64,000 bases of DNA from the NCBI GenBank assembly GCA_963703955.1, contig CAVPGK010000020.1:1-64000 (forward strand), read 5' to 3'. The position numbers and the translations under genes were made by a program. Shown here piece by piece: positions 10,212 through 19,574 of the stretch (position 1 is its first letter; each line of letters starts with the position of its first letter). The stretch comes from Nitrospirota bacterium (GTDB taxonomy: Bacteria > Nitrospirota > Nitrospiria > Nitrospirales > Nitrospiraceae). Under the pieces are notes generated by a model that worked only from the letters and a program-made list of their open reading frames with translations, searched no databases and had not been told where the DNA came from.

Positions 10212-10512
10212 AGCATGCCTCCTGTGAATGTTATGTATGGGCTGATTCGACTTACCGTGGCAAGAAACGGTGCCCTTCAGACTGGCATCTATGTTACCCA
10301 GGCACCCCCCGGGAAAACAACTGTTAATTGTGACTGACTAGGTTTCTCCAAGACGGACCGGTTATCGGAGGATTCTAGGGCAACATGCCAGGTTGTGAGC
10401 GGGTGACGGAGAGTGGCTTCCGGTCAATTATCTTTGTAAGTTTCTCATGTCCGCACTCTTTGCTTGATTCTACGCCTTGGCTTCGGTAGGGTCATTCGGG
10501 GGGATCGGCAAC

Positions 10513-11031
10513 ATGCGTGGGAACAACGCTCGGCTCGGCGATGCTCTACGATTGATTGTTGCAGCGTTGGTTGCCGGAGGAGTCCAGGGAGCCTGCCTGT
10601 GCGTGGCCGACGCAGCGGATTCCTCGAGGCTCTCTTCCGCCGAGCGGTTTATTGCGGTCATGGGCGGTGAGGCGGTGAAAGACAACAAGACCGGGCTGAC
10701 GTGGGAACAAGCACCGGATGCGTTTCACGGCGTGTGGAATGAATCGATCGCCCATTGCCCTGAAAAGACGGTCGGTGGACAGAAGGGCTGGCGCCTTCCG
10801 ACGGTCAAGGAGCTAGCCAGTTTGACCGATCCCGAGCAACGAGATCCGGCCCTGCCTGCGGGTCATCCTTTTTCGAATGTGAAATCGGCGATTTTTTGGT
10901 CGGCGACGCCTTCGTTGACGGATGAAATCGTGGCATGGCACGTGAGCTTCCTGTCCGGCGAAGTCGCCACCGATCAGAAATCGCAGACTCGTCGCGCGTG
11001 GTGCGTGATGAGTGAATCCTCTTCTCGTTGA
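10513..11031 (+). CDS. DUF1566 (Lcl-type) domain secreted protein
   Basis: DNKTGLTWEQ, GWRLPTVKELASL, FWSAT, AWHVSF. Confidence 0.85.
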   Translation: MRGNNARLGDALRLIVAALVAGGVQGACLCVADAADSSRLSSAERFIAVMGGEAVKDNKTGLTWEQAPDAFHGVWNESIAHCPEKTVGGQKGWRLPTVKELASLTDPEQRDPALPAGHPFSNVKSAIFWSATPSLTDEIVAWHVSFLSGEVATDQKSQTRRAWCVMSESSSR

Positions 11032-11089
11032 TGTCTATACCGAACGCTGCTTGACTCCCCAACTCCCCTGTCCTATGCTCCGCTGACCT

Positions 11090-11992
11090 GTGCGACCACC
11101 TGTGAGGAAAAAGACGGCCACCCGTTCTGCTCCGCTCCTGGTGCCTCGACCACTGGTCAACGCGCTCATGCGATTGTATGACTATCCCGATCCACGCCGG
11201 CCCGACCGGATGATCCGCGGCTATGATCGGCCTCACGCGCTCAGGACCGCACGCATGTGCGCGGCGGTGGCCTTGCGTTTGGATCATCCACCGGCGCGGG
11301 TGAGGCGCTATCAGATCGCGTGCCTGTTGCATGACCTCGGCAGGGCAGGGCTCGATCGGCAGTTGTTCGGTCTGATCTGGTCCTGGGCGAAACGGCATGG
11401 GATCCCTACGCGGCCTCGCGAATGGCGCGCAGTCCATCCGGGTACCCGCTATGGGTATGAAACCGAGGCCTTTCTTAAGCTCTATTCCGGAGACCTCAAG
11501 AAGGCCGGCGTCCCCATAGACAGCTGGACCCGCGAGCAGGTCGAGATGCGCTTGGGCTATGCGCGCCGGCTCAAGCGCCGGTTGCGGACGGTGAAATCTA
11601 CGCTGGTGGCCTTGGGCGTGCGGTGGTCGTCATGGATGGGCCTGGTGGTGCTGTACTATTATTACCCGGAAAAGCTGACGAGGGCTCCGCGATGGGTCCA
11701 TCAGTTGGCCGAGGTCTTGGTCGCCTGTGAACAATTCGAGGCGTACAGCAATCGGAGGCGGGGAGGGGATTACTACGCGCGGAAGAAGGAAACCTTGGTG
11801 GATGCCTTCAATTATCTGGAAAAACTACGCGGGGAGGGCATGGTGAGTGTTGATGTGATTCACGCGCTTCACGCCTTGGCTGCCGACGGGACGTTTGACG
11901 GTATCCTGAGCGAGGCCCGGGGTATGCCATTGTCCACGCAAGAGGTGCGCTACCTCCGAAAGATGGCGTCGGGAGCCTCGCGATGCCGGTAA
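11090..11992 (+). CDS. HD-domain protein
   Basis: H..RTA followed by LLHDLGR; downstream metal ligands are atypical. Confidence 0.7.
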   Translation: MRPPVRKKTATRSAPLLVPRPLVNALMRLYDYPDPRRPDRMIRGYDRPHALRTARMCAAVALRLDHPPARVRRYQIACLLHDLGRAGLDRQLFGLIWSWAKRHGIPTRPREWRAVHPGTRYGYETEAFLKLYSGDLKKAGVPIDSWTREQVEMRLGYARRLKRRLRTVKSTLVALGVRWSSWMGLVVLYYYYPEKLTRAPRWVHQLAEVLVACEQFEAYSNRRRGGDYYARKKETLVDAFNYLEKLRGEGMVSVDVIHALHALAADGTFDGILSEARGMPLSTQEVRYLRKMASGASRCR

Positions 11993-12405
11993 GAAGTGTG
12001 CCTCTCCGACTCACTATGAAAGGGGACACGCATGTTGAGAACGTCACCGCGGAGGTCCGGAACGCGCTGGCGGGCACGGGACTCACAGCGGGGATCGTGA
12101 CGGTCTTCATTCAGCACACCACGGCCTCCGTGATGATCATCGAGGATGAACCGGGCATCCGCGAGGATACCAAGACGTTCTGGGAAAAACTCATTCCATC
12201 AAGCCGCGCCTGGCAGCACAATACCCGGAATCCCGGTGAGGATAATGGGCACAGTCATCTGCGCGGGCAACTCCAGGGGCCTTCTGTCACGATTCCGTTT
12301 CACGACGGCATGCTGATGCTGGGAACGTGGCAGCAGGTTGTTGTGGTAGACTTTGATACGCGCGCGAGAACGCGGACTCTGATCATTCAGGTCATCGGAG
12401 AGTAG
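11983..12405 (+). CDS. yjbQ: YjbQ/UPF0047 family protein
   Basis: HTTASV, NGHSHLR, LGTWQQV, DFD.R.R. Confidence 0.9.
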   Translation: MPVRSVPLRLTMKGDTHVENVTAEVRNALAGTGLTAGIVTVFIQHTTASVMIIEDEPGIREDTKTFWEKLIPSSRAWQHNTRNPGEDNGHSHLRGQLQGPSVTIPFHDGMLMLGTWQQVVVVDFDTRARTRTLIIQVIGE

Positions 12406-12454
12406 ATCGTTTCTCGTCGCGGTCAAGATCTCCTCCACAGATGGGATTGCCCGA

Positions 12455-13828
12455 GTGACTCCCCGCTTGCAGGAACAGGCACGACAGATGGAGGCCGGTG
12501 AGCAGAGCCGGCGGTACGGCATTCGCGAAGGCGCCGCGTATGCTGTGATGCAGGGAGGTGGAGAAAACTATCTCTCCGCCTTCGCTTTACTGCTCCACGC
12601 CAATGCCTTCCAGATTGGTCTCTTGTCCGCTCTCCCTCAACTCCTGGGAGCTTGGTTCCAACTCCTGTCCGTCAAAGCGATGACCCGCTTTGATTCCCGC
12701 AAGGCCATTATTCTGGTGGGGGCCGCAGGGCAGGCCGCCATGTGGCTTCCCCTGCTGGCGCTGCCCCTGCTCTTTCCGGCGCAAGCCCCCTGGCTTCTGA
12801 TCGCCGCGGCCGTGGCCTATTTTGCGATGGGCCATTTTTCGGTACCCGCGTGGAACAGCTTGATTACGGATCTGGTCATGCCGGACAGACGGGGGGCTTA
12901 TTTTGCGAGTCGAGCCAAGATCATTGCCGTGACCGGGTTCGCCGCTCTATGCGCCGCCGGATTCATTCTCCACTGGACCGAGGCCCGCGGCGCTCCGTGG
13001 GCAGGGTTCGCGGCGATCTTTTTGCTCGCGGCAGCGGCGCGGGTCATCTCGACGCGCTATTTCGCCTGTATTGATGAAACCGTGGTTCCCGTGACGCGAG
13101 AAGCGGCAGGCCGTCTTGGCGAGTTTCTTCGAGACCGAGGCAACAGGGGATTTGTTCGCTTTTTGGCGTTCTCCGGTCTGATGCATGTGAGCGTGTGTAT
13201 CGCCGGGCCATACTTCGTGCTCTATCTGCTTCGGGATCTGCAGTTCAGCTATTTGCAATATGCCTCGTGGCTGTCTGCCCAGGTTCTTGGTCAATTCATG
13301 TCGTTACACAGGTGGGGCTGGATGATCGATACGTTCGGGAACAAGAAGGTCCTCCTGGTGACCGGATTCTTCGTTTCGTTCATACCGATGCTGTATCTGT
13401 TCAGCGACGACTTTGTCCACTTGGTCATGATCAGCTTCGTCGGAGGGGTGACTTGGGCTGGACTCTCATTGAGCTTGCAGAACTATGTGTTCGATATGGT
13501 ACGCGCGGAGGATCGCGCCAAGGGAGTGGCCATCTGGAACAACGTCAATGCCATAGGATGGTTTGCCGGCGCCATGCTCGGAAGCTGGCTCGCCTCAGCG
13601 GCGCCTGCACGGATCGTTCTGCCCGGCTTTGAACTGCGATTGATTTCCAATTTGCCGGCAGTGTTCTTCCTCTCCGGACTCTTGCGCCTGGTCGTGTCGC
13701 TGAGCTTTCTAAACAGTTTGAAGGAAGGACGAACGGTGGTGCCGATCTCCCACCGGCATCTTGTTTCCGAGCTTCCGCTGATCAAGCCTATCACACAGGT
13801 CTTTGGTATCCGCAATCGGCAGACGTAA
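12455..13828 (+). CDS. MFS transporter
   Basis: About 12 TMs; WNSLITDLV...RRG and D.FGNKKVL loop motifs. Confidence 0.85.
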   Translation: MTPRLQEQARQMEAGEQSRRYGIREGAAYAVMQGGGENYLSAFALLLHANAFQIGLLSALPQLLGAWFQLLSVKAMTRFDSRKAIILVGAAGQAAMWLPLLALPLLFPAQAPWLLIAAAVAYFAMGHFSVPAWNSLITDLVMPDRRGAYFASRAKIIAVTGFAALCAAGFILHWTEARGAPWAGFAAIFLLAAAARVISTRYFACIDETVVPVTREAAGRLGEFLRDRGNRGFVRFLAFSGLMHVSVCIAGPYFVLYLLRDLQFSYLQYASWLSAQVLGQFMSLHRWGWMIDTFGNKKVLLVTGFFVSFIPMLYLFSDDFVHLVMISFVGGVTWAGLSLSLQNYVFDMVRAEDRAKGVAIWNNVNAIGWFAGAMLGSWLASAAPARIVLPGFELRLISNLPAVFFLSGLLRLVVSLSFLNSLKEGRTVVPISHRHLVSELPLIKPITQVFGIRNRQT

Positions 13829-14035
13829 GAGAAGCCTCCCTCGAAGCCAAAAAGCTGGAGCATCACGATACTGCGTGCATGCAATGACGCGTACCGTACG
13901 CCCGTGGCGTTGTTTAGACATCAGCCCTGCTTGAAGGACGAAAGATCCTTTCTCGTCTGTGGGATATTCAATAGACCTGTGTCGCTACGGCGGGATCCTT
14001 GATTCGGCAATATGGAATGAGAACGGGAAGAGCAC

Positions 14036-14060
14036 GGGGACCGACCTTGCGTCGGTCCCC
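14036..14060 (-). terminator. Hairpin downstream of the BON gene, possible terminator
   Basis: GGGGACCGAC-cttgc-GTCGGTCCCC 10-bp stem between convergent genes. Confidence 0.5.
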
Positions 14061-14077
14061 GCAAATAGTACACCAGG

Positions 14078-15220
14078 TTAGGGCACGATCACCGAGCGAC
14101 CTTCGGTGCACCAGGCCCCTTGGTCTCCATGGAAGCGCTCATCGGCGGCATATCGATACTCATATCGGATTGGTCCGCTGGTGCTCGTAATTTGGCGCGC
14201 TTCACCTTGTCGAACCCATCCACTCCAGATCAGATTGCCACGTCGATCCGCTGACCTTGCCTCGTCACGGTACAACCGGGCCTGCTCGTCGTAGTGGGCC
14301 AAGCGGTCCTCCGCGACAATCTTCTCGCTTGTTTCGCCGAGTCGAGATTTTTCGGTCTGAGGTAACGTCTTACCCTGCTGCGCGCTGGTGGTCTCCTGCA
14401 TCGTTCTCTCCGTGGTCACCGCTGCGGTCTCCCCGATCGGCGGAGTCGCTTCAGGAGCAGCCGCTTTTTCCTCAGAGGCGACCCGGGTCTCTTCGACTCT
14501 GCCGGTCTTGCCGGCTTCTTCTACTTTGCCGGTCTTGCTGGTGCGTTCTTCATAAACCCTGCCGGTTCGCTCATCGTAGATCTCACCGGTTCGTTCATCA
14601 TAGACCTTGCCAGTCCGCTCATCATAGACCTTACCCGCTCGCTTGTCGTGGACTTTGCCGGTTCGCTCGTCGTAACGCACTGGCCTGGGGGCTGCGTAGA
14701 GAGGCGATCCGACGTCGTCATAGACGCGAAGTTGAAGCGGGACGAAGCCGCCCTCGGTTCGCGCGGCGGCATTGGCTACCGTCAGCTTGCAGGTCCGGTT
14801 CGGTTCCGCCTGGCTTACCCTTTGATCACCCAACCGATTCACGACGGACGATACCCCGGCGACCTCCATGGCTCGCCGTTCAGCCCGCGCTCTCTGATCG
14901 GCGTTATCGATCGGGCCGGTGAGATAGACGGTTCCCCGATCGGCTTCGACGTTAATTCCCTGAGAATTGATGCTTTTATCCTGCGCGATTCGACTTTTTA
15001 CAGCGGCCGATAGGTTGCGGTCCTCCGTCGTCTTGGACCGGACGATCGGAGCATCGGGCGTGGGAGCGACTTGCTTCTCCGTGCTGGCGGCCATTGGCGA
15101 AGGTTGCTGTGAAGGAGCTTTCGCTGCAGGCGAAGGTTGCTGTGAAGGAGCTTTCGTTGCACACGCGGCCGTCATCAGAGCGAGCAGAACGACAAATACC
15201 ATTTGTGATGGTCGTTTCAT
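14078..15220 (-). CDS. BON-domain lipoprotein with internal tandem repeats
   Basis: Lipobox TAAC; BON domain (INVEADRGTVYLTG...VAGVSSVVNRL); KAPSQQPSP x2 and (V/I)YDERTG(K/E/R) x6. Confidence 0.8.
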   Translation of the reverse strand: MKRPSQMVFVVLLALMTAACATKAPSQQPSPAAKAPSQQPSPMAASTEKQVAPTPDAPIVRSKTTEDRNLSAAVKSRIAQDKSINSQGINVEADRGTVYLTGPIDNADQRARAERRAMEVAGVSSVVNRLGDQRVSQAEPNRTCKLTVANAAARTEGGFVPLQLRVYDDVGSPLYAAPRPVRYDERTGKVHDKRAGKVYDERTGKVYDERTGEIYDERTGRVYEERTSKTGKVEEAGKTGRVEETRVASEEKAAAPEATPPIGETAAVTTERTMQETTSAQQGKTLPQTEKSRLGETSEKIVAEDRLAHYDEQARLYRDEARSADRRGNLIWSGWVRQGEARQITSTSGPIRYEYRYAADERFHGDQGAWCTEGRSVIVP

Positions 15221-15483
15221 AGTTTCCCCCCTGGCAAAGTGTTTATCACACTAGTAAAGGTACGTTTATACGTATAGCGCGACGGTGACCGACAAGATGT
15301 CCTCCATGAGGAGAGAAAAATGTAGGACTGAAGATTACGCATTATACTCTATCAACTAGTCGGACATGGTAACTTCCGATGGTTGCGATGAGCTGTTCTG
15401 GCTGGAGGATGTAGATACGGCCCTCGGACTCAAATGGAAAGGGCTCCTGTTCCGCTTCAAACAGCAGCCCTTCATAGTGATAG

Positions 15484-15839
15484 TGGCTCCCCGGGCAGGA
15501 CTCGAACCTGCGACCAATCGGTTACGAGTGTTCCCAGCATTTCTACTGGGCTCGGACTATCTCATCACCCGCCTGTCCTGCAGGGGAGGGTGTCGGGCGC
15601 TGGTGAGGCGTTATTGGGAAGGCTCCTCAGCCTCTAGTCTCTGCACGTTCCTGCCTACGCGTGGGCCCTTCGGCAGGCTTCGCTCAGGGTTACCATTCCG
15701 AAGCTCCAGAGATTCGGGGCAGGCTTCCCTGAATTCACCCGATGTTGCAACCACAGTTTCCTGTGGAAGCTGCAGTCCTGCGTGACTTTGTTGGTCACGC
15801 ATCTACAGCCGATCGCTCTACCAACTGAGCTACCGGGGA
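15484..15839 (-). tRNA. tRNA-Asn(GUU) interrupted by a group I intron at 35/36; exons 15839-15805 and 15524-15484
   Basis: Joined exons give a 76-nt tRNA: TCCCCGGTAGCTCAGTTGGTAGAGCGATCGGCTGT^TAACCGATTGGTCGCAGGTTCGAGTCCTGCCCGGGGAGCCA. Confidence 0.95.
15525..15804 (-). ncRNA. Group I self-splicing intron, 280 nt, no homing endonuclease ORF
   Basis: Follows exon U and ends in G; P1 GCUGU/GCAGC with U.G; P3 UCGGGUG/CGCCCGA; P4 UCAGGG/CCCUGA; P7 GAGACUA/UAGUCC; GAAA loops on P2 and P9. Confidence 0.93.
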
Positions 15840-15915
15840 ACGCTCTCATAAGCCGCGCGGATTCTAGCACAAGGTAAAGGCATCTGGAAGATTTCTTTTG
15901 AGAAAGACAGGACCG

Positions 15916-16188
15916 CTACCCGTCGAAATCCACCGACTCGTCCTCGCCGGTCGAAGCGTCGGATCTGCCTTCCGACAGAGCGGCGAAATGGCGGGCCCAG
16001 GAGAGGTATATATTACCGCTGTCCCGCATCGCATCGGCGCCCTTGGCCAGCTTGCCCGCCAGCTCAGGGTCTTTGCCTGTTGCCTCGATTTCCGCCGCCC
16101 GACGTTCCAGGGCCTCCGGAAACTCCTTGAGCAAGGCCAAAATGTCCACGAGGAGTGAGCCCACCACATTGTCTTCACTTTGCTGCAT
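15916..16188 (-). CDS. Small helical hypothetical protein
   Basis: 90 aa ORF preceded by a strong GGAGG Shine-Dalgarno. Confidence 0.7.
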   Translation of the reverse strand: MQQSEDNVVGSLLVDILALLKEFPEALERRAAEIEATGKDPELAGKLAKGADAMRDSGNIYLSWARHFAALSEGRSDASTGEDESVDFDG

Positions 16189-16219
16189 CTTAACCTCCTA
16201 CCGCCGCTTTTCGTTCAAC

Positions 16220-16255
16220 AAAAAAAACCCCATAGCGGTAAACGCCATGGGGTTT
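16220..16255 (-). terminator. Rho-independent terminator of the oxidoreductase operon
   Basis: Minus strand AAACCCCATGGCG-loop-CGCTATGGGGTTTTTTTT. Confidence 0.8.
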
Positions 16256-16278
16256 CTGAAACGGTCCGCTGAACCGGG

Positions 16279-16557
16279 TCAGCCCTGATATGCCTGTCCG
16301 AGCGCCGCGGATTCCCCTTTATGCGTCATCAGCTTTCCGCTCGCGCTCACGGCTTGCATCTCGATGGCTTGGTGCTTGGCCGCGTTGCAGACAACCACGC
16401 AGAGCTCGCATCCCTTACACCGGTTAATGGTCACCTCGGCCACCATCTTGGTGATGTTCAGGTCCAGGCAATTGGCCTCCGGGCAATACATGATGCACAG
16501 GCGGCATCCCTTCTTGGCCACACACTTTTCTTCGATGACTTGCGCGACGTTATACAT
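16279..16557 (-). CDS. forE: 2-oxoacid:ferredoxin oxidoreductase ferredoxin-like subunit (epsilon)
   Basis: C...GCRLC..YCP and CKGCELC...C cluster motifs; last gene of the operon. For versus Por assignment rests on gene order. Confidence 0.75.
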   Translation of the reverse strand: MYNVAQVIEEKCVAKKGCRLCIMYCPEANCLDLNITKMVAEVTINRCKGCELCVVVCNAAKHQAIEMQAVSASGKLMTHKGESAALGQAYQG

Positions 16558-16578
16558 GCGTCTTCATGTCCTTGTTCG

Positions 16579-17283
16579 TTAGGCGGCAGCCATCGCCGCA
16601 ACTTTCAGTTCGACGTTATTCGTATCAGCCCATTCCGAGGCGATTTCATAGGCGCGCTTGACGGTCGCCAAGTTCTTCGCCAGGAGCATTTCCTTCTTGG
16701 CAAACTTCTTCTTGATCGCTTCATCCAGTGTGGCGGTTCCGCCTGATGCGACAAATTTCTTTCCGAACCGCTCTTGGAGCGCCAGGTCGAGAGCTTCCAT
16801 CGACACGCACTTCGTGATGCCGGCTACCGACCCGATCATGGTCATATTGGTGGACAACTCGGTTCCTGCGACCTCCAGCGCGATCTGCGTGCCCGCGATG
16901 TAAAAGATCGCCACATTGAGGTCATTGAGCCGTTCAATGTCCTCATCCGGCAGCAGAGGGACGTCCGAGTTGATGATGACCACTCCGCCTTCTTTGATAC
17001 CGGAATAGAACGGCATGGTATAGCTTTTCCCCATCGTGATGACCTGAGGGTGGAAGACCTCGATGACATCGGGGAATACCAATTCGCCTCGGTCATAGAT
17101 GCGTTCGATGCCGATGCGGCAATAACTTTCGGCAGGAGCCATTCGCTTTTCGGCTCCGAAGAACGGGTTCGAGATCGCAAACCTCCCGTCTTTCGAGGCG
17201 GCCATGGCCATGACGTGCGCAGCGGTCACCGCCCCCTGCCCCCCCAGGCCAGACATCCGGATATTTAGTCTCTTCTTGATCAT
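16579..17283 (-). CDS. forG: 2-oxoacid:ferredoxin oxidoreductase gamma subunit
   Basis: IRMSGLGGQG, PFFGAEKRMAP. Confidence 0.8.
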   Translation of the reverse strand: MIKKRLNIRMSGLGGQGAVTAAHVMAMAASKDGRFAISNPFFGAEKRMAPAESYCRIGIERIYDRGELVFPDVIEVFHPQVITMGKSYTMPFYSGIKEGGVVIINSDVPLLPDEDIERLNDLNVAIFYIAGTQIALEVAGTELSTNMTMIGSVAGITKCVSMEALDLALQERFGKKFVASGGTATLDEAIKKKFAKKEMLLAKNLATVKRAYEIASEWADTNNVELKVAAMAAA

Positions 17284-17322
17284 GGGTTATCCTCCGACTC
17301 GATTGAAACCGCTTCTGTCTGG

Positions 17323-18228
17323 TTACGCTTCCTGCGCGGTCAACTGCTTGGCTGCCGCTTTCTTTTCCTTTTCCTTCGCGGCCACCTCAGCCAAGAGTTG
17401 CTTGGCCGGCTCACTCACATACTCTTTATACGCAAACCGCTCAGTTGGTTTCTCCGAGTCACGCATTTCCTGCAATCCTTCCATGCTGTTCTTGCCGATC
17501 TCCAGGATGCAGGGTGTGTAGAGCTGGAGATACGTCGGCCCGATTTCACGAGCGATGAGCACGGCATTTCTGATCACCTTCTCGACCAGTGAAGGTTTGC
17601 TGACGGTGCAATTCACCACATAGTGACAACCGGATTCGCGGGCAATCTCTGGCAGCCGCACCTTCTCGAAGGTCTTACCGACGGGCGCCATCTTGGCGAC
17701 GAAGCCCTTCTGCATCAGTCCGCTCTCCTGGCCCCCTGTGTTGGCATATAGCTCGTTATCGAAGCAGATCGTGGTGAATTTCTCCTGACGGAACCAGGCC
17801 TGCAGTGTCATATCCAGCCCGATGTCCACGGTCGCGCCGTCGCCGGCCAGCACCACGACATCTTTGACGCGGCCAGGGAAGCGCACGGTGAGCGCGCGTT
17901 TCAGACCAGAGGCGATCGCGTTCTGGTTGCCGAAGAGCGAGTGGATGTTATGGACCCCGACGTGCGGGAACACCAAGCTGGTGCAGCCCGTCGATCCCAC
18001 CATGACCGTATCTTCCGGGTTCGGCAGCGAAGCAAGGATATAGCGGAATGCCATGGACTCTGGGCACCCGGCGCAGAGCGAGTGCTCCTCGATGAGCTCC
18101 TTGGAGCTTCCAATATCCTTCCAGCCCCGGTCTTCTTTGCCGTATGTCGCCCGCTTGACGAGATCCTGATACTCGGACGGCATGATATCGAAGAACTCCG
18201 GCGCGATCTTGATTCGCTCTTTGCTCAT
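17323..18228 (-). CDS. forB: 2-oxoacid:ferredoxin oxidoreductase beta (TPP-binding) subunit
   Basis: LCAGCPE, GSTGC, AGDG...DIG, DNELYANTGGQ, TPC. Confidence 0.85.
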   Translation of the reverse strand: MSKERIKIAPEFFDIMPSEYQDLVKRATYGKEDRGWKDIGSSKELIEEHSLCAGCPESMAFRYILASLPNPEDTVMVGSTGCTSLVFPHVGVHNIHSLFGNQNAIASGLKRALTVRFPGRVKDVVVLAGDGATVDIGLDMTLQAWFRQEKFTTICFDNELYANTGGQESGLMQKGFVAKMAPVGKTFEKVRLPEIARESGCHYVVNCTVSKPSLVEKVIRNAVLIAREIGPTYLQLYTPCILEIGKNSMEGLQEMRDSEKPTERFAYKEYVSEPAKQLLAEVAAKEKEKKAAAKQLTAQEA

Positions 18229-18311
18229 GGATGCCTCCTGTTAAAACACCTTTTCCCCTTAGTTAGAGAACCGATAGTCAGAGAACCGATCTTGTTCCGG
18301 CTCGACAGCGA

Positions 18312-19523
18312 TCAACTGCCACGACCAGCCAGTGAAACCGTTCGCATCCCCAAGGCCGTCTTGATTTCGGAGACGATAATCTCAGGAGGCATCGTCATCC
18401 CGCCGCAGACATGCGGCGCGGCAACGACACGGTCACTGTTTGGAATGCTCGCCCTAATTTCTTTGGCAAGCCATCCCGTCACGTTAAACTCCGGCACGAT
18501 GATGTGCTTGGCATTCTTGGTCGCTTCGCGGATTTCTCGCCCCGGCCAAGGACGCAAGGTCTTGATTTTCACGAGCCCGCATCGAATCCCTTCGTCCTCC
18601 AGCAGGCGGATCGCCTCACGGCCCTGCGATACGGCCGTTCCCGATGCCACGATGAGGACGTCAGCATCCGTGTTCTCGGTGTCGATAAGTCCATTCAACC
18701 AATTGATCGAATGCTTACGCGAACGCTCGATTGCGGCCCACACCTCCTGCTGCCAACTGGCATGGGTTGCGTAACTGATGTAGTTACTCTTCATCACAAA
18801 GGGATCCCGCATCATCCGGACCGGCGGACATTCCATATCCATGCACGGAACCGGTGACCGGTAGGGATCGTAAGGCGGCAAGCACATGTCCGCCGGAGTG
18901 AGCTGTACGACGTCTTTCGTGTGGGTCACGAAGAACCCGTCACAGCAAAGCGCCAGCGGCAGGTGGACATCGGGCTCTTCTGAGACGATGTAGCCCTTGA
19001 GAATCCAGTCATAAAAATCCTGCGCCGACTCGGCGTGCCAGACCAGCATGCCGGTATTGAGTAGGTAGGAGATTTCCAACGTGTCCGGCTGAATGGAGAG
19101 CGGCGAGTTGATACCGCGGCAGGTCACGATCACCTGGATCGGCAACCTGGCGCCGGCCCACATCGGGAAATTTTCCATGGCCCGCATTGTGCCGGGACCA
19201 GCCGTCGTGGTGAACACGCGGGCACCGCCGAACGCGGCGCCGGCACATTCAGACATCACAGCAAATTCACTCTCTCCACGGAAGTATTCCTTGACGTATC
19301 CTTCCGCAAACAGTTCCCCGATCAATGCGGCGGCCTCGCTCTGGGGTGTGATCGGATAGGCGATCATCACATCCACATTGGCCCTCCGGATGGCCTCCTT
19401 GATGACTTCACTGCCCGTGAAAAAGGATGGGCTGCGGGGAGCCTCATTGAGTAGATACCAAGGATCTGTGATCGCTTGCCCTTTGCTATTTTTGGTCCCG
19501 ATGATCGAGTGTGTATCCGCCAT
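18312..19523 (-). CDS. forA: 2-oxoacid:ferredoxin oxidoreductase alpha subunit
   Basis: AYPITPQSE, ESEFAVM, TTTAGPG, DGFFVTH. Confidence 0.85.
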   Translation of the reverse strand: MADTHSIIGTKNSKGQAITDPWYLLNEAPRSPSFFTGSEVIKEAIRRANVDVMIAYPITPQSEAAALIGELFAEGYVKEYFRGESEFAVMSECAGAAFGGARVFTTTAGPGTMRAMENFPMWAGARLPIQVIVTCRGINSPLSIQPDTLEISYLLNTGMLVWHAESAQDFYDWILKGYIVSEEPDVHLPLALCCDGFFVTHTKDVVQLTPADMCLPPYDPYRSPVPCMDMECPPVRMMRDPFVMKSNYISYATHASWQQEVWAAIERSRKHSINWLNGLIDTENTDADVLIVASGTAVSQGREAIRLLEDEGIRCGLVKIKTLRPWPGREIREATKNAKHIIVPEFNVTGWLAKEIRASIPNSDRVVAAPHVCGGMTMPPEIIVSEIKTALGMRTVSLAGRGS

Positions 19524-19574
19524 GGACCCAACCTCCTTTCACTTCTCACTTCGTTGTGCGGCGCGCCCAAACAA

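Noticed and set aside
10257..10276. sigma54 promoter for the DUF2780-like gene
   Set aside because: GG-to-GC spacing is 11 rather than the required 10.
14500..14680. CRISPR-like periodic repeats
   Set aside because: 24-nt in-frame coding repeats without unique spacers; no cas genes.
1..15483. Genomic island integrated at the tRNA-Asn 3' end
   Set aside because: No integrase and no duplicated tRNA 3' end seen in the window; cannot be excluded beyond the left edge.
15366..15870. Short ORFs across the tRNA and intron as a possible homing endonuclease
   Set aside because: No LAGLIDADG, GIY-YIG or HNH motif; the intron is fully accounted for by ribozyme structure.
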